Virus record (IMG/VR): IMGVR_UViG_3300024275_000027
Location: 1-25,739 of that record
Origin: a virus
Taxonomy: Duplodnaviria; Caudoviricetes
Length of the DNA stretch: 25,739 nucleotides
Reading direction: 5' to 3' (one strand)
The notes beneath the pieces are model-generated. The model saw nothing but the letters and a program-made list of their open reading frames with translations, ran no database searches and was not told the origin of the DNA. The position numbers and the translations under genes are program-made. Below, in pieces: positions 8,576-16,109 of this stretch. How positions within the stretch are numbered: position 1 is the first letter of the stretch; every line of letters begins with the position of its first letter.

Positions 8576-8839
8576 ATGCTAAAACCGACAATGCTGTATA
8601 AACTCGGCGGCAATAAGCTGATTTGGGATATTCCGCTACATACCATTATCGTCGATGAGCACGAGGTCGATGGCTTTCTCGCTGAAGGCTGGTTCACGCA
8701 TCCCTTCGACGCACGGGATTCCGCAGGGCAAGCCGTGAAGCTGGAAACGGTAGCAGTGGAAGCAGAGCATCCGGGCCAGCCCGAACCTAGCCAGCCATCT
8801 GCGCCGCGCCGTGGCCGTCCACCCAAGGTAAAGGAATAA
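8576..8839 (+). CDS. Small conserved-position protein of P22-like phages (between coat and gp4) with AT-hook-like tail
   Basis: AAGGAG RBS; TMLYK...IIVDE...LAEGWF.HP pattern; C-terminal PRRGRPPK. Confidence 0.7.
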   Translation: MLKPTMLYKLGGNKLIWDIPLHTIIVDEHEVDGFLAEGWFTHPFDARDSAGQAVKLETVAVEAEHPGQPEPSQPSAPRRGRPPKVKE

Positions 8840-8842
8840 GCC

Positions 8843-9400
8843 ATGAAAAAGCGCAAGATCATCAGCCAGGCATTGGGCGAAATCGGCATTGCCTCGTATG
8901 CGTTTGACGTGACGCCGGACGAATACCAGAACGCCTTGACCGTGCTTGACGGCATGATGGCGGAGCTATTCCCGACGCAGCAAACCGGTTACATCTTTCC
9001 GGCTGATGGCGTAGAGAGCAATCCGAATGATGAAGCGGGCATTCCGGATTCGGCGTTCCCGATGGTCTACACCAATCTTGCGCTGCGCTTGGCGCCTGGC
9101 TATGGCAAGACGGTTTCCGCCTGGACGGTCAAGGCGGCTAAGGATTCGCTAGACCGATTCTTGCTGAATAGCCTGTACGTGCCGCAGCGCGCGCTGCCGA
9201 GCACGATGCCAGCCGGCCATGGTGCAGGCCGTAGCATCCGCGACAATCCCTATATCTGGCGCTGTGGCTGCGGCTCGGGCTGTTCCGATGGCTCGTCGTG
9301 CTTGATGGCGATTGCCTGCTATAACCCGCTGGATGGGTTGGCGCCTGTCGTCAACGAACTGGACCTAAACATTCAGTATCAACTGCCGCAGGAACTATAA
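8843..9400 (+). CDS. Head-to-tail adaptor (P22 gp4-like)
   Basis: ALGEIG, ALTVLDGMMAE, NLALRLAPGYGK and TMPAGHG motifs of the gp4 family; synteny upstream of gp10. Confidence 0.85.
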   Translation: MKKRKIISQALGEIGIASYAFDVTPDEYQNALTVLDGMMAELFPTQQTGYIFPADGVESNPNDEAGIPDSAFPMVYTNLALRLAPGYGKTVSAWTVKAAKDSLDRFLLNSLYVPQRALPSTMPAGHGAGRSIRDNPYIWRCGCGSGCSDGSSCLMAIACYNPLDGLAPVVNELDLNIQYQLPQEL

Positions 9401-9401
9401 G

Positions 9402-9430
9402 AGGAAGGCCGGATAACCCGGCCCTTTCCT
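9402..9430. terminator. Hairpin between convergent genes (likely bidirectional terminator)
   Basis: aggaaggccgg-ataac-ccggccctttcct lies between the gp4 stop and the stop of the inverted 101 aa gene. Confidence 0.6.
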
Positions 9431-9735
9431 TACGTGCCGAATCCCTCACCTGGCATCACATGCAGATTCGTGGCGCCGGTTTCTGCAATCGCAGTAATCG
9501 CCAGCGTGTCGTAATCCTTGGTGATCACTTTCTGCGAATTTGGTGGGATTGCCATATCCGCGTTCGTGGCGGCACGGGCAGTCGTCGCGCAGCTCACATA
9601 GATATAGTTCGCACCCTGATTCGTCAGGCAAAGCTGCTGGCTTTTCGCCTTCAGGGTAATAGCCGTCGAGGTCGTTCCGACGCTAACAACCGCGCCGTTG
9701 CCAAACGAAGGGCAAATGGGTTGCTTCTGGGTCAT
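9430..9735 (-). CDS. Hypothetical small beta-rich virion-like protein (inverted orientation)
   Basis: AAGGAG RBS upstream on the - strand; ends ..TNLHVMPGEGF; Thr/Ala/Val-rich beta composition. Confidence 0.75.
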   Translation of the reverse strand: MTQKQPICPSFGNGAVVSVGTTSTAITLKAKSQQLCLTNQGANYIYVSCATTARAATNADMAIPPNSQKVITKDYDTLAITAIAETGATNLHVMPGEGFGT

Positions 9736-9747
9736 TTGGTTATCTCC

Positions 9748-10377
9748 TTACTTGCCGTCCAGCGTGCGGACAGCGAATGCAATACGGGAAACGTTCAGGT
9801 TGCCGGGCACGGACAGCGCGGCGACGAGGCGGATAACTTGTCCCGCGCGCAGGATGCCTTGCGTGTCGTTAAGATTGGAGGCTGGGCCGGTAATAGAACC
9901 GCTTAGGGCAAAGCCGGTTACGCCGCCCATCGACCATTGGAAGGCCGAGGTAAAGAGATTGAGCGGATCGCCAAGCTGAACTTGCAGCGTCAGGATACTG
10001 CCGGTTGCCCAATCTGCCGACACGCCGACGGTGAATTCAACCGCCTCAATATCCCGCGTGGCGACGAAGCGACCGTTGGCAATATCGGCAGTTAACGAAG
10101 TCTGGCCGGTTGGCAGGGTAAATGAGGTTTGATAGACCGACGAGCCAAACGGCGCGGGCGTGGCGGTGAGCGGGACCGCTGCCGTGACCGTGCCGCGCAT
10201 GACGTAATAGCTCGACAGATCGATAACGCTAGTCGGCGTCGGATGGATATTCTCGACGGCATCGGCCAATGCCGAAACACTGGCGCGGCGCGGCTGGCCT
10301 TGCGTGGTGTTAAAAACCTGAAGCTGGTCGGAAGGGTTGACCGTGGTTTCAATCGGCACCCCGCAGGAATAATACAT
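9748..10377 (-). CDS. Hypothetical virion-like protein (inverted orientation), 209 aa
   Basis: Start reassigned to ATG 10377 because of the GGAGG RBS at 10384-10388; N-terminal SDQLQVFNTTQGQPRRASVSAL segment followed by a beta-sandwich-like C-terminus. Confidence 0.75.
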   Translation of the reverse strand: MYYSCGVPIETTVNPSDQLQVFNTTQGQPRRASVSALADAVENIHPTPTSVIDLSSYYVMRGTVTAAVPLTATPAPFGSSVYQTSFTLPTGQTSLTADIANGRFVATRDIEAVEFTVGVSADWATGSILTLQVQLGDPLNLFTSAFQWSMGGVTGFALSGSITGPASNLNDTQGILRAGQVIRLVAALSVPGNLNVSRIAFAVRTLDGK

Positions 10378-10448
10378 GGCAAACCTCCAATTTTGAGTAT
10401 TCCATGCGTATTTTGGCATAGAATAGCAGGAAATCACGGACTAAATCC
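10378..10448. promoter_or_regulatory. AT-rich divergent intergenic region (candidate back-to-back promoters)
   Basis: TAGAAT on + (10419-10424); CAAAAT twice on - (10390-10395, 10410-10415); the flanking genes diverge from here. Confidence 0.45.
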
Positions 10449-11861
10449 ATGCAGATCCAGATTCTAAATGGTGTCTATTCGGACCAACGCGCGGATTTCC
10501 GCACGTCATATCCGATCAACTGCGTGCCGGTTCCGCTGAAAACCAATATCTCGAACGGTTATCTGCGGATTGCAGAGGGTATCACGCGCCTGGATCACGG
10601 GGATTTGCCTGCGGGACAGAGCCGGGGCGCGATCAACTGGAACGGCATCGAGTATCGCGTGATCGGCACCAAGTTGCTCAAGATCGCGCAGGACGGCACC
10701 TATACCACGGTGGGCGATGTTGGGCCGGGTGGGCAGGTGTCGATGGATTATTCGTTCGACCGGCTGGCTATCACCTCTGGCGGCACGTTGTTTTACTCGG
10801 ACGGCACCACGCTAACCCAAGTCACGGATGCGGATCTAGGTATCGCGCTGGATATGATCTGGGTTGACGGCTATTTCATGACCACGGATGGCACGAGCCT
10901 GGTGGTGACGGAATTGAACGATCCTACGGCGGTTGATCCGCTGAAATACGGGTCTTCGGAGGCCGATCCTGATCCGGTAGTCGGGCTAATCAAGGCGCGG
11001 AACGAGGTCTACGCGATCAATCGCTATACCATCGAGGTATTCAATAACATTGGCGGCGAGAATTTCCCGTTTCGTCGCGTCGATGGCGCGATTATCCCGA
11101 AAGGCGCAGTCGGCACCTACGCGAAATGCAAGATTGACGGCACGTTTGCCTTCCTTGGCTCCGCCCGCAACGAACCGTGCTCCATTTACCTTGCTAGCGC
11201 CGCCAATCCGCTGAAACTCGCCACGCGGGAGATTGAAACGCTGATTCAGAAGTACAGCGAAGACGAATTGGCAACCGTGGTGATGGAATACCGGGAAACC
11301 AAGGTCAATCAACACATTTACGTGCGGCTTCCTAATGAAACGGTAGTCTATGACTTCGCGGCCAGCCAGGCGCTAGGGATTCCGGTCTGGTTTTTCCTGA
11401 CTTCTGCAGTAGCCGGGATTTCTCCCTACCGTGCCAAGGATTTCTGCTACTGCTACGGACAATGGCGCGTGGGCGATACGCTGGAGTCGAAACTGGGCTA
11501 TATCGATGAAACTGTGACGACGCAATACGATAATGTTATCGGCTATCAGTTCGATACGGAGATTATCTATAACGGCTCCAAGGGCGTCATCGTCAATCAG
11601 CTCGAGATTGTCGGCCTGTTTGGGCGTGCCGAACTCGGGGAAGACCCGTGCATTTTCGTGAGCTGGACGAATGACGGCGAAGTGTGGAGCGATGAAGTCC
11701 TGCTGAAGCTGGGCAAGTTTGGCGAGCGCCAGAAGCGGCCTCAGATTCGCCAGGGCAGCCGATTTGCCAACTGGCGTGCCTATCGTATCCGTGGCGCGAA
11801 TCGGGCTGTCGCGTCGTTCTCGCGTCTAGAAGCTGAACTGGAGCCACTGGCCTATGGCTGA
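10449..11861 (+). CDS. Tail hub / DNA stabilization protein (P22 gp10-like)
   Basis: 470 aa beta-propeller-like; SRGAINWNG, WVDGYF, YGSSEADPDPVVG, TIEVFNNIGG and SWTNDGEVWSDE motifs. Confidence 0.9.
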   Translation: MQIQILNGVYSDQRADFRTSYPINCVPVPLKTNISNGYLRIAEGITRLDHGDLPAGQSRGAINWNGIEYRVIGTKLLKIAQDGTYTTVGDVGPGGQVSMDYSFDRLAITSGGTLFYSDGTTLTQVTDADLGIALDMIWVDGYFMTTDGTSLVVTELNDPTAVDPLKYGSSEADPDPVVGLIKARNEVYAINRYTIEVFNNIGGENFPFRRVDGAIIPKGAVGTYAKCKIDGTFAFLGSARNEPCSIYLASAANPLKLATREIETLIQKYSEDELATVVMEYRETKVNQHIYVRLPNETVVYDFAASQALGIPVWFFLTSAVAGISPYRAKDFCYCYGQWRVGDTLESKLGYIDETVTTQYDNVIGYQFDTEIIYNGSKGVIVNQLEIVGLFGRAELGEDPCIFVSWTNDGEVWSDEVLLKLGKFGERQKRPQIRQGSRFANWRAYRIRGANRAVASFSRLEAELEPLAYG

Positions 11862-12519
11862 CGCAACGAGCCGCCCGGACGTACGAACGCCGCAGCCCAG
11901 GCGTGATGATCTGCAACGGCTGATTCCGGACAATATCCGCCTTCAGCGCGCGCTGGAGCAGCTATTTATCGACGTCAATACGACGCTGCCCGATGCGGTG
12001 CAGGCGGTTGGCGATGCGAGCCAGGCCGTCACGGAAGACGTGTCGATGGGCGTCTTCGGCGCAACGGACCGGGCTGCAGCGCGCACGCTAACCTGGCTGG
12101 CCGATGCTTTGGGCAAAGCCGATCAGGATCGCGCCACGATTAAGCGTTTGACAGGCCGGGTTGCCGATCTGGAAACCCTGATTAACGTTCGGGAGCCAGT
12201 CAAGCCGCGTGTTGAGGCATTTATTGCACCAACGCTGATAAACTCATGGACAAATTTAGGCGCCCCGTATAATAGCGCAGGCTACTTTAAGGACCCGTTC
12301 GGCATCGTGCATCTTCGCGGCATGATTACAGGTGGCGCGGTTCCATCTGTTGCCTTTGTGCTGCCTGCCAAGTATCGGCCGTTGGCGATTAACGTTTTCA
12401 CGGTCGTTGCAAACAATGCGTTTGGGCGGGTCGATGTCGACTCTGGCGGCAATGTGAACGTGAATACCGGCAGCAACGCCTTTGTCAGTTTGGACGGCAT
12501 AACCTTCAGGGCTGTATAA
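11854..12519 (+). CDS. Putative tail needle (gp26 position) with C-terminal knob or receptor-binding-like domain
   Basis: Directly after gp10; helical N-half with heptads (ATIKRLTGRVADLETLIN); C-terminal beta domain GYFKDPFGIVHLRG...FVLPAKYRP...VSLDGITF typical of fibre tips. Confidence 0.6.
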   Translation: MADATSRPDVRTPQPRRDDLQRLIPDNIRLQRALEQLFIDVNTTLPDAVQAVGDASQAVTEDVSMGVFGATDRAAARTLTWLADALGKADQDRATIKRLTGRVADLETLINVREPVKPRVEAFIAPTLINSWTNLGAPYNSAGYFKDPFGIVHLRGMITGGAVPSVAFVLPAKYRPLAINVFTVVANNAFGRVDVDSGGNVNVNTGSNAFVSLDGITFRAV

Positions 12520-12520
12520 C

Positions 12521-12862
12521 ATGGCAATCTCATACGCAAAGTTCTTTCAGCCGACGCTGCTGACTACTTCTCTGGTGACCATTTACACGGTCCCGAGCGT
12601 GCCGCCTAGCACGCTGCTACGCAATGCGCGCGTCAGGCTGACCAATTTCACGACGTTAGCGACAACGGCGCGTGTCCATGCGGTGCCTAGTGCCGGATCG
12701 GCCAGCACCACGAATGCGTTTTTCTATGACGTGACGGTGCCGGCTGATGATTATATCGACGTGGATTTGCCGATTCTGGCGGCAGGCGATTTCATCCAGG
12801 CGCTGGCAGGCACGGCAACCAGCGTGAATATTCAGGTCATTTCCGGGGGGCTGTTCTCTTGA
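12521..12862 (+). CDS. Hypothetical small beta-sandwich virion protein
   Basis: Tightly packed in the tail operon; TIYTVP, RLTNFT and LAAGDFIQALAG pattern. Confidence 0.7.
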   Translation: MAISYAKFFQPTLLTTSLVTIYTVPSVPPSTLLRNARVRLTNFTTLATTARVHAVPSAGSASTTNAFFYDVTVPADDYIDVDLPILAAGDFIQALAGTATSVNIQVISGGLFS

Positions 12863-13449
12863 AGAACTTTTTGAAGCTGGCGGAAGGCATCGACGTAACG
12901 CCGTTGCTGCTGGCGATTCATCGCAATGCGCATCTGTGGCAGGAAGACACATTCCTACGCCATTATCCACAAGGCCCGTTTGGTGAAGTGGAAACGATCT
13001 TTCTGCGATTCCCAGAGCGCGTGACGTTGCCTGAAGGCGACGAGGGCGAACGGATGCTAGCGCTCTACAAGGAAAACAAGCTTCCGGGCTATGACCAGCA
13101 CGAGAGCGTCGATTATCCCGCCTATGCGCTGTTGCCGGAAGCCAAGCCGATCATCATGGCGCTAATGGCCCGCGTCGGTGGTACGCGCCTGGGCCGCGTC
13201 ATGATTAATAAGGTGAATCCTGGCGGACAGATTTTCCGTCACGCTGATTCGCCCGAGCACTGCCGATACTGGAATAATCGTCTGCATGTGGTGCTGCAAT
13301 CGGACCGGGGCAACGATTTCGAGTGCGACGGTGAGCATGTTTGGATGCGCCCCGGTGAGGTCTGGTGGTTCGATCACGCGCTGGAACATGCGGTAGTGAA
13401 TAACAGCGCTTCCGAACGGCTGCACATTATCGTGGATATCAAATCGTGA
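12859..13449 (+). CDS. Aspartyl/asparaginyl beta-hydroxylase-family 2OG-Fe(II) oxygenase
   Basis: HxD (IFRHAD) plus distal His in WWFDHALEHAVVNNSASERLHIIVD; RLHVVL; TTGA-coupled start. Confidence 0.85.
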   Translation: MKNFLKLAEGIDVTPLLLAIHRNAHLWQEDTFLRHYPQGPFGEVETIFLRFPERVTLPEGDEGERMLALYKENKLPGYDQHESVDYPAYALLPEAKPIIMALMARVGGTRLGRVMINKVNPGGQIFRHADSPEHCRYWNNRLHVVLQSDRGNDFECDGEHVWMRPGEVWWFDHALEHAVVNNSASERLHIIVDIKS

Positions 13450-13904
13450 CCGTCACCGCGCACGTTGAGAATCTAACGGAAGGGCTGCAAGAGCTGTCGC
13501 AGCATTTTGAAAAACATTATCTCGAATTGGCGCTGAACCGAGATCAGGTTCCGCTCTCACCGCAATACGAGGTGTATTTGCGGCGCGATGCGAATGGCGA
13601 AGTCTGTTACGTCGCCTTGCGTGATGCTGGAAACCTAGTCGGCTATTTTGTGGGATTCGTGGCGCCAGGGCTGCATTATTCGACGTGCCTGACTTGCACG
13701 CTGGATATTTTCTGGGTGCATCCCGAATATCGTAAAGGCCGATCTGGTATTATCCTGTTCAAAGCGGTTGAGAATGAGCTAAAACGGCGCGGCGTTAAGC
13801 GCTGGTTTGTTGGGAGCAAGATGCACCAACCGGCTGATGCTTTGTTTGAATATCTTAAATTCGAGCCTGTCGAAAAATATTATTCGAAATGGCTAGGAGA
13901 ATAA
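13446..13904 (+). CDS. GNAT-family acetyltransferase (P22 gp14 position)
   Basis: Acetyl-CoA motif A DIFWVHPEYRKGRSG; LFEYLKF; GTGA-coupled start; lies immediately before the ejection proteins. Confidence 0.85.
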   Translation: MTVTAHVENLTEGLQELSQHFEKHYLELALNRDQVPLSPQYEVYLRRDANGEVCYVALRDAGNLVGYFVGFVAPGLHYSTCLTCTLDIFWVHPEYRKGRSGIILFKAVENELKRRGVKRWFVGSKMHQPADALFEYLKFEPVEKYYSKWLGE

Positions 13905-13905
13905 A

Positions 13906-14709
13906 ATGGTCGCTGCGGCGGTAGTTGGAACGGTGGTTGCTGCTGGCGCATCTGCCTATTCGGCCAGTCAGCAAAAGAAAGCGGCCTCGCGCGCAACCGA
14001 TGCGCAGTCGGCAGCGGCCTATGCGCAGATGGATCAGCAACAGGCGCAATTCGACCGCATTCGGGAACTGTTGCAGCCTTGGGTGAATCAAGGCACGAAT
14101 GCCAATGCGGAACTTGGCAATCTGCTTGGGACGGGCGGGAATGTCGCGCAGCAACAGGCCATTTCCGCCTTGCAGCAGTCTCCGCTCTATACCTCGCAGC
14201 TTCAGGCCGGACAGAACGCCATCTTGCAGAACGCTTCGGCGACGGGCGGCTTGCGCGGCGGCAACACCCAAGCGGCGCTCGGCAAATATGCGCCCGCATT
14301 GCTCGCTAGCACGATTCAGAACCAAGTGCAGAACCTTGGTGGCCTAAGCGCACAGGGACTATCGGCGGCAGGCGGCACTGCTACGGGCTTGCAAAACCTG
14401 TCTAACGCCAATTCGCAAGCGCTAGGCAGTATCGGACAGGCACAGGCCGGTAATGCTCTGGCCATCGGCAATGCTAATGCCCAGTTCAGCAACTCCATTG
14501 GCAGTATCGGCGGCGCCTTGGCAGGCAACTACTTCGGCGGCGGTGGCTCGAATCCGTTCGGCGGGTCTAGTGGCGGAGGCTTTGGCTATACGGGTCAAGG
14601 CTCGCTGTTCGGTGCTCCAAGCACGGGTGGCGCATCTGGCTATGGGCTATCGCCTGTTACGGGCCTCAATTCCGGCGTTTCTTATCCGACTGGCGGAGGC
14701 TATTTCTAA
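13906..14709 (+). CDS. DNA ejection protein (gp7-like)
   Basis: Ala/Gly/Gln-rich; hydrophobic N-terminus; LQPWVNQG and NASATGGLRGGNTQAAL motifs of gp7-like proteins. Confidence 0.85.
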   Translation: MVAAAVVGTVVAAGASAYSASQQKKAASRATDAQSAAAYAQMDQQQAQFDRIRELLQPWVNQGTNANAELGNLLGTGGNVAQQQAISALQQSPLYTSQLQAGQNAILQNASATGGLRGGNTQAALGKYAPALLASTIQNQVQNLGGLSAQGLSAAGGTATGLQNLSNANSQALGSIGQAQAGNALAIGNANAQFSNSIGSIGGALAGNYFGGGGSNPFGGSSGGGFGYTGQGSLFGAPSTGGASGYGLSPVTGLNSGVSYPTGGGYF

Positions 14710-16109
14710 TGGCTGAACCTTACAATTACATCGTTCCCGCCGCGCAACAAGATCCGTTTGCCAGCGTTGCAAAGGGCTTTGGCATCGGCCAGCAACTCGC
14801 CGCGCAACGCATGGAGATGGATCAGAAGCAACAGCTTTTCCAGCAACAGCAGGCCCAGCAGCAGCAATACCAGCAAGACGTGTCTAACTTGCTGGCGAAT
14901 CCCAATCCGACTGAAAAGGATTTCGCCACGCTGCAATTGAAGTATCCGCAGTTGCAAGCGGGCCTGAAGGAGCCGCTCAATGCGTTGAGTGAGGCGCAGC
15001 GCCAAAACAAGATCAGCACGGCTTCGCGCGTGGCTTCGGCCTATCAGGCTGGGCGCCCGGATTTGGCGCTCGGCATCGTCAGCGATCAGCTTAAGGCGCT
15101 GGAGAACAGCAACGCGAACCCGCAAGAGGTCAACGCCTTGCGCGGCACCCGTGACCTGTTGCAATCCCTGCCGGTCGATCAGGCGAAAAACGCTTCGCTG
15201 ATGTACCTGTCCACGCTTGACCCGAAGGGCTTTGCAACGACCTTTAGCACGCTGGGGCAGGAATCGCGCGCCCAGCAAGAGCAGCCCTACAAGACGCAGA
15301 AACTATCGGCGGAAGCGCAAACCGCATTGCCGAAGGCGCAGGCGGATATTGATAACATCCGCTCGCAGATTGCGGAGCGAGCGGCCAAAATCGGCCTGGA
15401 TCGCGACACGTTCAATCTTAACTTTGACAAGACGCTGGCCGAACTGAAGCAAAAAGGCGGCGTTACGCTCTCTCCAGGCATGGAGAAGACGCAGGCGGAT
15501 TCAGTCGGTGCAGCCACGGTCGCGCAACAAGCATCGGACGATGCCGCGCAATTGGCCGATCAGTTCCGCAATGCCAATGTCGGGCGTGGCGCGTTCTCGA
15601 CGCTGGGTGAGTACGCTGCGAAGGTGACCGGCAACCAAGACGCGGTGACGCAGCTCCGCAAGCGTTACATTCAAATCAAGAATCAGGCCGCGCTCTCCAT
15701 GCTGCCGCCTGGCCCGGCCTCGGACAAGGACATTCAGACGGTGCAAGCTGGATTCCTGCCGGAAACCGCTGACGGCAAGCAGATTGCCGACTGGCTGACT
15801 TCGTTCTCTAACGTGCAAAAGGCCGTCGCACTGCGGGAAAACGCTAAGGCCGACTGGATTAGCGCGGTGGGCAATGCTGGCACTGCAAAGCAAGACGTTG
15901 AGGTGTCGGGCATTCAGGTTCCCGCCGGGACCAGCTTTAACGATTTCCTGCGCCGTGGCCTGAAGCCGCAGAACATCACGAATCCGCAGAATCCGCAGGC
16001 CCAGCCCGCACAACCTGCCGCTCAGCCGCGTTATATGGACCCGGCGAACTGGGGCCGCTCGACGACCACGGTGAATAACACGCAATTTCCGTCTGGAGTG
16101 CCTGGCTAA
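14709..16109 (+). CDS. DNA ejection protein (gp20 position)
   Basis: Helical Q/A-rich 466 aa protein between the gp7-like and gp16-like genes; LPPGPASDKDI. Confidence 0.7.
   Translation: MAEPYNYIVPAAQQDPFASVAKGFGIGQQLAAQRMEMDQKQQLFQQQQAQQQQYQQDVSNLLANPNPTEKDFATLQLKYPQLQAGLKEPLNALSEAQRQNKISTASRVASAYQAGRPDLALGIVSDQLKALENSNANPQEVNALRGTRDLLQSLPVDQAKNASLMYLSTLDPKGFATTFSTLGQESRAQQEQPYKTQKLSAEAQTALPKAQADIDNIRSQIAERAAKIGLDRDTFNLNFDKTLAELKQKGGVTLSPGMEKTQADSVGAATVAQQASDDAAQLADQFRNANVGRGAFSTLGEYAAKVTGNQDAVTQLRKRYIQIKNQAALSMLPPGPASDKDIQTVQAGFLPETADGKQIADWLTSFSNVQKAVALRENAKADWISAVGNAGTAKQDVEVSGIQVPAGTSFNDFLRRGLKPQNITNPQNPQAQPAQPAAQPRYMDPANWGRSTTTVNNTQFPSGVPG

Noticed and set aside
9386-10369. ccgcaggaa 9-mer near both ends of the inverted gene pair as recombination sites
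   Set aside because: The copies are direct rather than inverted and short, one lies inside the gene, and no recombinase is in the window.
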